This document shows positions 9,253 through 19,904 of a stretch of DNA of 55,910 nt, one piece after another; within the stretch, counting starts at the first letter, position 1, and each line of letters begins with the position of its first letter. Source of the DNA: a virus (lineage: Duplodnaviria > Caudoviricetes). A model generated the notes under the pieces. It made no database searches, was not told the origin of the DNA, and was given only the letters and a program-made list of their open reading frames with translations. The stretch lies in IMG/VR virus record IMGVR_UViG_3300043446_005140, positions 1-55,910 of that record; one strand, given 5' to 3'. The translations under genes and the position numbers were made by a program.

Positions 9253-10260
9253 ATGCCAAACCTAGAAGCTGCTGCTGCATTGATTGCCGACGAACCTGAA
9301 CAGTCTGCCACTGAGTCGGTTGCAGACACAATCACCCAGGCCCTGGAGGGCAGCCTGAGTCCAGAGACGGATGCCCAACCAGAGACGCCAGTCACGCCCC
9401 CTGCATCCGAACCCACTCCATCGGAATTGCGCGCCGAAGAGATGCGCCATCGCATTGAACGCCTAAAGGCACAGAATGCGGAGCGTGCGGAATCCAAGCG
9501 TCTAGAGGCGTTGCGTACAGAAATTGCAAATGCACGCGCCGAAGCGGAACGAGTTGCGGCCGAAGCGAGCCAACGCCGCGACCTTGAGTCCAAGCGGTGG
9601 GCCGAAGCGCTAAAGAATCCGGTTGCCGGCTTCAAGGAGCTGGGCCTTAGTCCCGAGGACGCATACCGGCAAATTACCGAAGCCGTTCTCGAGAACGAAA
9701 AGCCAGAAAAGGTACAAGCCAAGCTGGTTGAAAAGCTGGTGGCTGAACGTCTACAAGAAATCGAGCCAAAGCTATCCAAGGTGGCCGAACTGGAAGAGCA
9801 ACTCGCCAGATTCAAGGCCATGGAAGAACAGCGCACACAAGCTGAGATGCGCTCCCAAAATAATGTCGCCGAGCAACAATTTCTTCAAATCGTGAAATCA
9901 AACGGCTACGAGACGTTGGCCGATTACTACGATGACGAAGAGTTGACTCAACTCGGTCATGCGATGGCAAACGAGTTTATTGCCGCCAAGCAACCAGTGA
10001 CGTTTGATGCCGTTGCATCGGAACTGCAAAGACGCCTGGAAGCCCAGTTACGACGCGCGGAAGAGCGACGCGCGCAACGGACCGGGGCAGTAAAATCGGA
10101 ACCACCGAAAGCGAAACCAGCCAGCCAGCCAGCGTCCCAGGCAAAAACATTGACAAATCAGCTCGCAAGCTCGCCCGGTAGCTCCACCAACAAGGTGATG
10201 TCTCGCGCCGAACGGCTTGCCAGAGCTGAACAACTCATGAACGCACTGTACAAGGACTAG
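9253..10260 (+). CDS. Capsid scaffolding protein
   Basis: Acidic coiled-coil protein between portal and capsid; basic C-terminal helix. Confidence 0.75.
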   Translation: MPNLEAAAALIADEPEQSATESVADTITQALEGSLSPETDAQPETPVTPPASEPTPSELRAEEMRHRIERLKAQNAERAESKRLEALRTEIANARAEAERVAAEASQRRDLESKRWAEALKNPVAGFKELGLSPEDAYRQITEAVLENEKPEKVQAKLVEKLVAERLQEIEPKLSKVAELEEQLARFKAMEEQRTQAEMRSQNNVAEQQFLQIVKSNGYETLADYYDDEELTQLGHAMANEFIAAKQPVTFDAVASELQRRLEAQLRRAEERRAQRTGAVKSEPPKAKPASQPASQAKTLTNQLASSPGSSTNKVMSRAERLARAEQLMNALYKD

Positions 10261-10309
10261 GTTGCATAGTGCAACATTGGTCGGTGCATAACTCGATTGG
10301 ATCAAGACA

Positions 10310-11536
10310 ATGGCTGCTGCAAGTACGACAAATCTCGCATCTATTCTAAAGACTATTTGGCCGCAGTCCGATATCACGGACCTGTTTTATGACGACTCGC
10401 CTCTGTTTGCCATGCTCCCCAAGGACACCACCTGGGCTGGGCAAAACCGAGTTGTCGCCGTCCAATACGGACAGGTAAACGGTCGGTCTGCTTCGTATGA
10501 CAAGGCGCGAACCAACGCGGATCGCTCCAAGGTCGCCAGTATGACGGTCTCTACGTCTGACAATTATGCTGTGTGGCAAGTTGAGCACAAGTTGATGGTC
10601 CTGAGCCGCAACGACAAAGGCGCAATCGTTCGAGCCGTGGAACGTGAGACCAAGTCCGCAATGAAGAAATTTAAGCGGTCGTTGGCCTTCATGGTTTACG
10701 GAAACGGTGGCGGTGCGCTTGGGCAAATCGCGTCCAGCGCCACCAGCGGTTCCAATACCATTTACACCGTCAAAGACCCCCGCACCCTTCGGTACATCGA
10801 AGAGGGGGACGTGCTTGCCCTGAGTACGGCCGATGGCACGTCCGGTTCCTTGCGCTCCGGTACCATGACGGTCACCGGCGTTGACGTTGACGCGGGTACG
10901 TTCACGATTCTGACGGCCGGCGCAATCTCCGGTGCCGCCGCGAATGACTATATTTTTGTGGATGGTGACTTTGGCAAGGTTATGTACGGCCTAAATGCGT
11001 ACATCCCGACCAGCACGCCATCTACGTCGATCTGGGGCATGGCGCGTACGGCAAACCCCCAGCGTCTTGGCGGTATCCGGGTTGGTGGCAAAGGTCTGTT
11101 GATCCAGGAAGCTGTCAAAAAAGCCTTGGTGAAAGCTAAGGATGCGGGCGCCAGCGTGTCCCACATCTTTATGTCATCGAATGACTTTTTGAACCTGGAG
11201 TTGGCGCTTGGGACGACCGTCCGACGCACCGATGAAAAGGTTTCGGCCAATGTCGGCTTCACCGGCATCGAGTTCTCGTACGGCAGCTCCAAGCCCGTCA
11301 AGGTGTTCTTGGATCCGGACTGCCCTAGCGGGTTGGTCTATGGTCTACAAATGGATACGTGGACGCTGGCCAGCGCTGGCGAATACCCCGATTTCTTGAC
11401 CATGGATGGCAACAAATTCGACTTGCTGCAAAGCTCGTCCCTGACCTCGCCCACCTTCGAGGGACGCATCGGCGGCTATGCCCAGCTTTATACCGACGCG
11501 CCCGGCTTCAACTTCGTCCTGAATTTGAACGCTTGA
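10310..11536 (+). CDS. Major capsid protein
   Basis: 408 aa, follows the scaffold, HK97-fold-like pattern (SPLFAMLPK, YGNGGG, GL, DPDCP). Confidence 0.85.
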   Translation: MAAASTTNLASILKTIWPQSDITDLFYDDSPLFAMLPKDTTWAGQNRVVAVQYGQVNGRSASYDKARTNADRSKVASMTVSTSDNYAVWQVEHKLMVLSRNDKGAIVRAVERETKSAMKKFKRSLAFMVYGNGGGALGQIASSATSGSNTIYTVKDPRTLRYIEEGDVLALSTADGTSGSLRSGTMTVTGVDVDAGTFTILTAGAISGAAANDYIFVDGDFGKVMYGLNAYIPTSTPSTSIWGMARTANPQRLGGIRVGGKGLLIQEAVKKALVKAKDAGASVSHIFMSSNDFLNLELALGTTVRRTDEKVSANVGFTGIEFSYGSSKPVKVFLDPDCPSGLVYGLQMDTWTLASAGEYPDFLTMDGNKFDLLQSSSLTSPTFEGRIGGYAQLYTDAPGFNFVLNLNA

Positions 11537-11564
11537 TCGTGGCAATCATAACCAGGAGATTGTC

Positions 11565-11954
11565 ATGGCTAGTTTAGTACCAATTCGAGGATCAAACGTA
11601 CTTGGTTGTACGCTGGTGGCCTTTAGCTTCGTGGCTAATGGGACCGGTGCCGTCGACCAAACCACGATACGCGGGCCAGGTGTGGTCAGCGTCACTAGAG
11701 GTGCAACCGGACGATTCGATGTCGTCCTGGATAGCGCTTTTTATCGGGTCATCTCGGCCAAAGCGCACGTTATCCATCCATCGGATGGTTCTGCTCCGAC
11801 CGCCGCTCCAAGTGCAATTGTTTCGTTTGCAGACGAAACGGCGTCACCACTTGCCCTTAAGGTGTGGACGCTGAACGCATCTGGTGCCGCGGCGGATCAA
11901 ACCGCAACGCGGGTATGCGTCGTTATGGTCGTTCAAGCCTCCGCGGGGGCGTGA
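11565..11954 (+). CDS. Putative capsid decoration/structural protein
   Basis: Small beta-rich protein directly after the capsid gene; AGGAG RBS. Confidence 0.55.
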   Translation: MASLVPIRGSNVLGCTLVAFSFVANGTGAVDQTTIRGPGVVSVTRGATGRFDVVLDSAFYRVISAKAHVIHPSDGSAPTAAPSAIVSFADETASPLALKVWTLNASGAAADQTATRVCVVMVVQASAGA

Positions 11955-11955
11955 A

Positions 11956-12180
11956 ATGGCTAAGCCCGGTCTGATGCTGGCAATCGGCCTAAAGCCGAAA
12001 GCCGAAAAAACGGATTCGTCTGCAAACATGAAGGCTGCGAAGCCTGTGGAAGCTGACGAGGACTTTGACTCAAGTGCGGAAGCGGCCTTCCAGGCCCTGA
12101 AGGATGACGATCTCGAGACGTTCAAGCTGGCCCTGAAGGCAGCGGTAATGGCTTGTGGATCTGAGTACGACGACGAGTGA
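11956..12180 (+). CDS. Small acidic hypothetical protein
   Basis: ATG 11956 immediately after the previous stop. Confidence 0.6.
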   Translation: MAKPGLMLAIGLKPKAEKTDSSANMKAAKPVEADEDFDSSAEAAFQALKDDDLETFKLALKAAVMACGSEYDDE

Positions 12181-12206
12181 TCAACAACTATTAGCGAGAA
12201 TCTGGT

Positions 12207-12905
12207 ATGGCACGCACGGCAACATTGTTACAACTAAGGACCAGTGCGTACCGGCGTGCCGACCAGGAAAACCTGACACTGCGGTTTCCCACGACCGAGG
12301 TGACCGATTACATCAACGAGGGAATCGGCGAACTGTGGGACATGTTGGTATCGGCTAATGGTTATGCCTATTATGGCACCAAAAGCACGATTTCGCTTGT
12401 GAACAATACTACCCAGTATTCTTTGCCGGCTGACTTCTACAAGCTACACAAGGTCATCTATGTCGGCTCAACCGCTGGCGGGCGACTGGAATTGGACCGG
12501 TTATCCGAGGCAGACGAGGTTGCACTACAGGTGGCCCGTAGCCGCGTCCCTCTGTATTACCGCGTACGAGCGGCCTATTTGGACGTGTACCCCGCGCCCT
12601 TTGGCTCCGGTACGCTGGAACTAAGTTATGTGCCGTGCGCTACCAAGTTGGCGAACGACGGCGACACGTTTGACGGTATCAACGGCTTCGAAGAATACGT
12701 TGTGTGTTATGCAGCCAGGCGAATGGCAGTCAAGGACGCCGATTTCGAACTGGCAAACATGATCTACCAAGACATGAACCGCCAAATTCAACGTATCGAA
12801 CGCATGGCGGCGGACCGTGACAAGGGACATCCCGAACGGGTCCAGGACGTGCGAGGGGCCATCCAATGGCGTCGTCCAAAACGGCTATGGTTGACTCGCC
12901 AATAA
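12207..12905 (+). CDS. Head-tail adaptor (tail tubular A-like)
   Basis: T..QLR..AYRRAD, YINEG, YSLPADF and VYPAP pattern typical of podovirus adaptors. Confidence 0.75.
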   Translation: MARTATLLQLRTSAYRRADQENLTLRFPTTEVTDYINEGIGELWDMLVSANGYAYYGTKSTISLVNNTTQYSLPADFYKLHKVIYVGSTAGGRLELDRLSEADEVALQVARSRVPLYYRVRAAYLDVYPAPFGSGTLELSYVPCATKLANDGDTFDGINGFEEYVVCYAARRMAVKDADFELANMIYQDMNRQIQRIERMAADRDKGHPERVQDVRGAIQWRRPKRLWLTRQ

Positions 12906-12909
12906 GGTC

Positions 12910-13719
12910 ATGGCCATCTCCAGCAAAATACGCCAGCTTGTGACCGGTGACCCTGGTATGGATACGTTTATCCGCGAGGTGCGTATCGCGGTTGGTTCGC
13001 TGGAGGAGACGGCGAACACGTCGACCGCTGGCCTGCAATGGGACAATAACCACGCACTGGCCTATTCGCTAAACCAGTTAAACACGACCACATTCCGAAA
13101 CGAGGGATCTGCTGGGCAATCTTATGAGATGCGTCTGGGGGGAACGGTGTTACCGCGTCTTGGGTTCCCCAGCCCGGTTGGAAACGCCGTCGAGATCGCT
13201 TCAGAAACCACCAATCCATCGTATATCTATGGCGCAGGAACATTCCCCGTCAAAAGCAATGACTACAGTGTCGAGTTCATGTTTTTGACGCACTTTGCTC
13301 CGTACACTCGAGGAACATGGGACGGATATGCCGCAGTATGGAAAACCCAGTACCTGTATAGCTCGGTGCCGGCACCTGGCCCGCCATCTACGATTGACGT
13401 TGTTACTTATTACACGCCCCCGGCGTCAGCTTATTCAACACTTCCGACACGTGAACTGACGATACCTACGGGTCAGTGGAATCATGTATTGTTTACTGCC
13501 AGCTCTACGAGTGGCAAGCGCCTGTATTTCAACGGCGCCATGGTTTCCAGCAATACGGATACGTCTGTGGCCGTACCGAACACAAATGACTGGTTTCTAG
13601 GTTCTGCCAGCGGAGGCACCTACAAATTCTACGGTGCAATTGCACGATTCGCCTATAGCACGGTCGTTCGTCCGCAGTCTTACGCCATTGCCGTCACCAC
13701 AGCCATGCGTGGCTGGTAG
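12910..13719 (+). CDS. LamG/concanavalin-like virion protein
   Basis: YSVEF, GQWNHV, LYFNG, FLG...FYGAI motifs. Confidence 0.7.
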   Translation: MAISSKIRQLVTGDPGMDTFIREVRIAVGSLEETANTSTAGLQWDNNHALAYSLNQLNTTTFRNEGSAGQSYEMRLGGTVLPRLGFPSPVGNAVEIASETTNPSYIYGAGTFPVKSNDYSVEFMFLTHFAPYTRGTWDGYAAVWKTQYLYSSVPAPGPPSTIDVVTYYTPPASAYSTLPTRELTIPTGQWNHVLFTASSTSGKRLYFNGAMVSSNTDTSVAVPNTNDWFLGSASGGTYKFYGAIARFAYSTVVRPQSYAIAVTTAMRGW

Positions 13720-13762
13720 CCCACAATGGCCGTTTTTTTCGTGCCAAATACCCAGGTGACCA

Positions 13763-16700
13763 ATGACTGCGAACCAACTCTATAAATTGGATTTTACGCA
13801 AGGTCTGGACTTGGGCCAGGAGACGGGAGCTGGTCCGTCGGTCACTTATCTCGAGAATTTCATGTTTGATCGTCGCGGCGGTGTGCGTCCGCGTTGGGGC
13901 TATGAGCCGGTCTACAATTATCTGGGGACCACTGCCGCCGTCGTCGAGGGAACCTCCGACCCGACGGCAAGTACGACCGTCGAGCAGACATCGTTGATGG
14001 TCAGTTATAAAAATTCCGTAGTTCGAATGGGAAAGCAAAAGTTGTATTCCAACGGGTACAACTTTCGCGGCATGCTTCCCGATATGACAGCCGACTACGA
14101 CATGCTGGCTACCAGCACCAACTCGCTGGTTGAGCCCCAAAGCATATCGGTCACCAACGCAGCCGGGCAGGTTGTTCGCGTTGTAATCTTCAAAACCGAA
14201 GTTGGTTTTGTCAATAACAACAATCTCGGCAATGTTGATGAAAAGTACACGGACCAATACCGTGACAACGAATTGACATTTCAGAACACGTCCGGAACCT
14301 GGAAAATAAAGAACAATCTTGGGAATCTTCGCTATAGCGTGTATGTCGACGATTCGCTGATTATTGATCGCGCCGATATTAACGCCTTGCAATCGGGAAT
14401 GTCTAATGTCCTGACGACGGATGTCATAGGCGCTCAAATTACACGAACCAAAAATTGGATCGTCGTTGTCTATGCAAGAACCCCTACCGAGGATCTAATT
14501 GGTAGCGGCATGATTCAGGCCAGCTCCAAAGAACGAACAAGGGCGTACGCAAACGATCTTAGCCTTGTGACTCTCAACATAAACAACCCGGCCGGTGGGT
14601 TTATCAATCCAACGAATGTACCGTTTACATTTGGACCAACCCCCGCCGAGGGAGAACTTACAGATTCAAAACTGGATCTAAGAGTACAGAACGTTACAAA
14701 ACGCATACCTACCTTATGTATTGATAGTTCACGTACGGTTGTAATATCTGCTGGGCAGTATGTAATACCATACAAAGTTGTAGGGACCGAGGATTACGCC
14801 AATCAAATACAGGTCGGAGATAAGCTGGTTCTAAAGACATCAAGCAGCTTAACTGGCAATCGAGTGCCTCTTGGGTACATGAAAGTCTATGCGGTGGACA
14901 GAACCGCAAAAACGTTCACAACGGATTTTTTGTCTGGTGGAAGTACGACAACGTCCGCTTATATTGCTAGCTCTCAATTTAACGTGGATTGGGAAATACA
15001 TCGGATCGAGTTTCAGCACTATTATCCGATGTTTGTAGTTGCGCAGTGTGAGGACAATTCATCTACCGCAAGTCTCGACGGAAACCGCTTTCTTATAAGC
15101 TATGTCTGCAAAGATCCTACAAATTCATTTGTGGACAACGGCTATTGGCTAGAAACAAAGACGATCTACATAAACCCGACTACAGGTGCATATTCTTCAT
15201 ACGAGACACTCGGTGCAAGTCTACCTAGACCAAAGGCTACAGCGGCGACTACAGCCGATGCCTCTACAAAAACATACGTATCCAGCTTGTCCCTAAGCTG
15301 CAATATATCGACGCAAACAATCTTTTCTACCTGGACGGCGGTGGCCATTACGCTGTCAGCAAGCTACGGCTTTAGTCAGCAATCTTTTGTAATGGGCATG
15401 CCTCTAAAAACGGAGAACGCAAGTTTACCGAGCCAGCCATCGCCACGAAATATAGCAGTGTGGCCATCTGCAAACGTTCTTGTTAGGTCTATGTCCTCGG
15501 TTGGATTCGTGGACAATGCATATGACCGCGTTGGCATAGTTTCCACGTCTTTACGTACTGGTATCACTACAGTTGTCAACGGAGAACCAATTTTTGACGA
15601 TAACGTATACGCATCTCCAAACGGCAATGACCTGGAGGTGCATATCCAAACCGCAGTCGTAAGTTCTAATCAATATATACTGTCAACCGAAAGTCGCAGC
15701 ATACACAAGGATATGAATGCACGCCTGGCCAGCAAGCCATGGATGTACAATGGGTCACTGTATTGCGCGCTGTACGTCGGCAAATCGTCGTTTTATCCAT
15801 CAAGTGATGCGGCGTCGTTGGTTGTTTACGATTTGATGCAAGGTCCCAGTCGTCTAGTCAACGATGGGCAGCGACCGCGTGTTGTTTGCAATGTATTGCC
15901 TCGTCAGGTGTTTTACCAAAATGCCGTTGGTAACGGTTATCCTAGATACCACACGCCGTTGCCGGAAGTTGAGACACGTTCGAACGGATACCGTTTGGTC
16001 AGTACGGTTTCCGCGCAGGCGACAACCACTGGAATTTCAAGCGTTGTCGATGTCACGTTGGATACGTCGTCACCGCGTAGTTGTGCAGAACTGAACGGTA
16101 GCTTGTTTATATCCGGCGGTGTCCCTACGGCATTCGACGGAACTCACATATATGAACTGGGATCCATCCAAGCGCCGGTAATATGGCACAATATCGTAAA
16201 CCCGAACTACGTGGGGCAAGCCGTTGGAACTGCGGATTGGTACTACAAGGCGGTCTTCGAGTGGGTGGACGGGAATGGCAACATCTATAGGTCGGCACCC
16301 AGTGATGCGATCCGCCTTAGGATGTTTGAGAACGGTTCCACTTCGACCACCGCCGCAAGAACCAGTATCACAAACAATCCATTTAAGGCGCAGTACCGCG
16401 ACGTCAAGATCAGTGCACAATTCGACCACTCGACATTGCGCTCAGTGTTCGCAAACAAGACATTCGCAAAGAACCCTGTAAAAGTTGTTCTTTACAGAAC
16501 TCTGAAAAACTCGGACACGAACTTTTACCGCGTAAACTCTATGCCGGTGGTCGTCAACCTGAGTAACGACACGAATTATGCGTCCGGTTACGATGTAGAT
16601 TCAACCCAAACCGGTACAACAGATCCGCCGTTGGCGTTGACGTTTACAGACATCTATAGCGACGCCGAGATTGCATCAAACGAATTGCTGTATGATCTGG

Positions 16701-17878
16701 ACGGAGCCGTTCTGGAGAACCAGTCACCTCCCAGCGCACGATTTGTTTGCACGCACAAGTCCAGAATATGGCTGGGCGGTACTCCGGATGATACGATCTG
16801 GTATTCGAAAAAGTCGGAGCCATTTAGCGAGCCAGGGTTCAATGAACTATTGACCATTCCCAGTTTCGAAGGCGGGCCAGTGGTCGCCATGGCCTCGTTG
16901 GATGACTATTTGGTCGTCTTTAAAGAGTCCAGTGTTTGGATCATCAATGGGGACGGTGCCGACGCGACGGGTAATAACTCAACGCTACAGGAACCAACCC
17001 GCGTATATGACGGAAACGGCTGCATATCTGCCCCTAGCGTGACAGTTGTCGGCGATGCGGTGTACTGGCAGTCCAACGACGGCATCTATCGAATGCGGCG
17101 CGGCTCGAATCAACCTGAGCTAATCAGCGACAAGATTCGCGAGGTCGCCGTTGATTACCTGCGGCGGTTCAACTTGAAGGTGGTATCCGCGACATATACC
17201 GCACCAGATAATTGTATAAGATTCTGTTTCTACGGCAAGGTTGGTGCATCGGCCTACCGGTATTTGGTTGTTTACAGCCTGACCTACAACACATTCGTAT
17301 TTTATCGGTACACGTCTCCTTCAACAATACGAATCGTGGCGTCGTGCGAATACAACGGAATATGGTATGGCGTATCCGATAGCAACCTGCTTATACGTGA
17401 AAATCGAACTGTAAAGTATGACGCAGGTAGCACGAACAAATATGCGGCAAATGCAGTCTGCACAATGCGAGTAATGCGACTGTCCGAGATGGGCGGATTC
17501 TTTAGAGTTAACCGAGTGATGGTTTTAACGGATCGTGGTTTGGATTTTTCTTCAAGTAGGTCCGTAATCAGTTTGTCACTGTATCCGTTTCCATCTGTCT
17601 ACGACTCGTATGGTAACATAATAAGCAACGGGCAATCGAGAAAAACACCGGTAATAAGTGGGCCAACATCGGGATCACCTGACAATTTGGAATTTGATGT
17701 TGCGGTGCAAAAGATGTCGGGATTTGAAAGTCAGATTGTTATCTATCCGACCACGGATAACGTCGGCAAAGTTGAAGGGACTGGTGACGCCGTATATCTG
17801 ACCGGAATTGTCGTTTACGGCGCTCCGATGCGAGGCAAAGCACGAACATTTAAGGACTATAGTCGTAATAACACTTGA
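13763..17878 (+). CDS. Tail nozzle/stabilisation protein with large insertion
   Basis: 1371 aa; GLD...LENF..DRRG...RWG N-terminus; HKSRIWL, WYS, LVVFKE and GC beta-propeller motifs. Confidence 0.75.
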   Translation: MTANQLYKLDFTQGLDLGQETGAGPSVTYLENFMFDRRGGVRPRWGYEPVYNYLGTTAAVVEGTSDPTASTTVEQTSLMVSYKNSVVRMGKQKLYSNGYNFRGMLPDMTADYDMLATSTNSLVEPQSISVTNAAGQVVRVVIFKTEVGFVNNNNLGNVDEKYTDQYRDNELTFQNTSGTWKIKNNLGNLRYSVYVDDSLIIDRADINALQSGMSNVLTTDVIGAQITRTKNWIVVVYARTPTEDLIGSGMIQASSKERTRAYANDLSLVTLNINNPAGGFINPTNVPFTFGPTPAEGELTDSKLDLRVQNVTKRIPTLCIDSSRTVVISAGQYVIPYKVVGTEDYANQIQVGDKLVLKTSSSLTGNRVPLGYMKVYAVDRTAKTFTTDFLSGGSTTTSAYIASSQFNVDWEIHRIEFQHYYPMFVVAQCEDNSSTASLDGNRFLISYVCKDPTNSFVDNGYWLETKTIYINPTTGAYSSYETLGASLPRPKATAATTADASTKTYVSSLSLSCNISTQTIFSTWTAVAITLSASYGFSQQSFVMGMPLKTENASLPSQPSPRNIAVWPSANVLVRSMSSVGFVDNAYDRVGIVSTSLRTGITTVVNGEPIFDDNVYASPNGNDLEVHIQTAVVSSNQYILSTESRSIHKDMNARLASKPWMYNGSLYCALYVGKSSFYPSSDAASLVVYDLMQGPSRLVNDGQRPRVVCNVLPRQVFYQNAVGNGYPRYHTPLPEVETRSNGYRLVSTVSAQATTTGISSVVDVTLDTSSPRSCAELNGSLFISGGVPTAFDGTHIYELGSIQAPVIWHNIVNPNYVGQAVGTADWYYKAVFEWVDGNGNIYRSAPSDAIRLRMFENGSTSTTAARTSITNNPFKAQYRDVKISAQFDHSTLRSVFANKTFAKNPVKVVLYRTLKNSDTNFYRVNSMPVVVNLSNDTNYASGYDVDSTQTGTTDPPLALTFTDIYSDAEIASNELLYDLDGAVLENQSPPSARFVCTHKSRIWLGGTPDDTIWYSKKSEPFSEPGFNELLTIPSFEGGPVVAMASLDDYLVVFKESSVWIINGDGADATGNNSTLQEPTRVYDGNGCISAPSVTVVGDAVYWQSNDGIYRMRRGSNQPELISDKIREVAVDYLRRFNLKVVSATYTAPDNCIRFCFYGKVGASAYRYLVVYSLTYNTFVFYRYTSPSTIRIVASCEYNGIWYGVSDSNLLIRENRTVKYDAGSTNKYAANAVCTMRVMRLSEMGGFFRVNRVMVLTDRGLDFSSSRSVISLSLYPFPSVYDSYGNIISNGQSRKTPVISGPTSGSPDNLEFDVAVQKMSGFESQIVIYPTTDNVGKVEGTGDAVYLTGIVVYGAPMRGKARTFKDYSRNNT

Positions 17879-17912
17879 GCAAAGTACGTGTTCGGTCGCG
17901 GAGTAATGACAA

Positions 17913-18914
17913 ATGGGTGACGTCGATCCAAATCTAAAGAAACAGTTGAATCAAGCGGCGTCGTCGCCAACGTTTGACGGAAGTCCAACAGTGGACCCTG
18001 TGACAACCCCACCGCCGCCGGATCCTCGAACGACGCCTATGTCTTCGGACGCTTATTGGGACCCAAATTCCCAGCGCTACGAATACCTGGGGAATCCCGA
18101 CCCTGGTTCGGACGCCGGGCGGTATGCGTTGCACAACGCATTGAATGATGCATCCAGCGGTGCATCGAATATGTACTATTATGGTGGTTCGGCGGATTTC
18201 ACAAAGAACCAAGTAAATTACTTCAACGATCAGGCGCAAAAACTTGCTGGGCGAGCTGGCCCGCAAGCTGATTTTAATGCCGGAACTGGTTCCTATAACC
18301 AGATGATGGACGCGCAACGTCAACTTGGAGATTACTTGTCCAAGGTGGCAAACAACCAAGTGACCACTCCCGCCGAAGCTCAGCTACTCAAGGCGAACGC
18401 TGCAAACCAAGCGGGCATCTCGGCTCAATTGGCCTCGGCTCGTGGAGGGCTGGCTGGCTTAGCGGCTGCAAACTCAGCGTCCAGAACGGCATCCGAAACC
18501 GCAGGGCGGAAGATGAACACGGACTTGGCCGTGTTGCGCACAAATCAATCATTGGCGGCCCAGGACCAACTGGCGGGCCTGACAAATGCTATGCGTACCC
18601 AAGAGGTAAACCGTGCCCAAGATGTTGCACGGCTGGGGAATCTGAACACGATCCGCAACCAAACGGCTGCATCGGACGCGAAAGCCATGTCCATGGGAGC
18701 GCTGACCCGTGGTCTCGAGGGAACCATGGCGAGGCAACAAGCTCGGATGGATACGTACAACACGGCGGTTGGAAACGCCGATAAGTACGCCAAGTTCAAC
18801 ACCGAAATTTCGGAGCGAAATCTTGCGGGCAATCTGGGGGCCGTTCGAGATGGGGCCGTTGCCGCTGGCCAGCTATACAGCGAACTGAATCGTCCTGAAT
18901 CCAAGAAACCATAA
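17913..18914 (+). CDS. Putative ejection/internal virion protein
   Basis: Ala/Gln/Asn-rich helical protein after the nozzle gene. Confidence 0.6.
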   Translation: MGDVDPNLKKQLNQAASSPTFDGSPTVDPVTTPPPPDPRTTPMSSDAYWDPNSQRYEYLGNPDPGSDAGRYALHNALNDASSGASNMYYYGGSADFTKNQVNYFNDQAQKLAGRAGPQADFNAGTGSYNQMMDAQRQLGDYLSKVANNQVTTPAEAQLLKANAANQAGISAQLASARGGLAGLAAANSASRTASETAGRKMNTDLAVLRTNQSLAAQDQLAGLTNAMRTQEVNRAQDVARLGNLNTIRNQTAASDAKAMSMGALTRGLEGTMARQQARMDTYNTAVGNADKYAKFNTEISERNLAGNLGAVRDGAVAAGQLYSELNRPESKKP

Positions 18915-18930
18915 CAAATACGGATAAACG

Positions 18931-19896
18931 ATGTTACCACTTCTAGGATTAATGGCCGCCGGTATCATTGCAAAAGGCGTACAAGGCGCAATGCAAAAGG
19001 ACGCCAGCGACTACCAGAACGAGACCACCAGACACGATATGAACGCGACCGATGAAGTGGTTGTACCTGGTCGCACAGATGTATACACGCGGTATTCTCC
19101 CGAACGTGATATGCGGTATCGGTTGGTTGATCGCGGTAGTAATGCCGATACATTTAGCGCGCTGAACGACCCCAACTCGCAGGCGTCTCGTTCGTTTTCG
19201 TTGGGCGGTTCGCCCGAGGCCGCGGCCGCGTGGGCCAACAGCTACCAAAACCAAGCCGAAGCCGCACGAAACATCCGTGGAAGTCGGATTGACTATGGAG
19301 CGGACGACGCCGTCGCGGCCCAGCAACTCGGCCTAGGGGGGATGTATCGTGCGCAGATGATGGGTTCCGGTCCTAGTGTTGCCGATCTGCAAGCCAGTGC
19401 TGCAAATCAGGTGAATATCCGGAATGCCTTGGCGGCTGGTATCGGTAACCCACGTAATCAGCGGGCGGCGATGTTGGGCGCAGCCATGACCGGATCTGAT
19501 TTGGCGGCACGCGCAGGCGCAATGCGCTCCCAAGAGACCCTACAGGCTGGACAAAAGCTGGGGTCACTCCAAGGGCAAATGTCCCAAATGGGAATGGATC
19601 GAGCCATGGCCCAGGCCAAACTTGACAGTCAAATGGCTGATTTCAACGATAGCTTGGCAAACAAGTATTACGGACTCCAGCAAACGGCGTTGGATGCGCA
19701 AACTCGTGGGCAACGGGCACGCGGATTGGCGATGCAATTGGCGGATCGTGGTCGCAAAGACGAGAACTTCGGCGAAGCTCAGGGTGCGGCGGATCGTCAT
19801 AATCGAGACGTAAACACCGTATTAGGCGGAATCTCGTCCGCTGCCGGTGGACTGGCGTCAGTTGCGTCCGCTGGATCGGGCGGTTCGAAAAAGTAA
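18931..19896 (+). CDS. Putative ejection/internal virion protein
   Basis: Ala/Gly/Gln-rich; hydrophobic N-terminus; resembles the preceding ORF. Confidence 0.6.
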   Translation: MLPLLGLMAAGIIAKGVQGAMQKDASDYQNETTRHDMNATDEVVVPGRTDVYTRYSPERDMRYRLVDRGSNADTFSALNDPNSQASRSFSLGGSPEAAAAWANSYQNQAEAARNIRGSRIDYGADDAVAAQQLGLGGMYRAQMMGSGPSVADLQASAANQVNIRNALAAGIGNPRNQRAAMLGAAMTGSDLAARAGAMRSQETLQAGQKLGSLQGQMSQMGMDRAMAQAKLDSQMADFNDSLANKYYGLQQTALDAQTRGQRARGLAMQLADRGRKDENFGEAQGAADRHNRDVNTVLGGISSAAGGLASVASAGSGGSKK

Positions 19897-19904
19897 ATAC
19901 CTGT

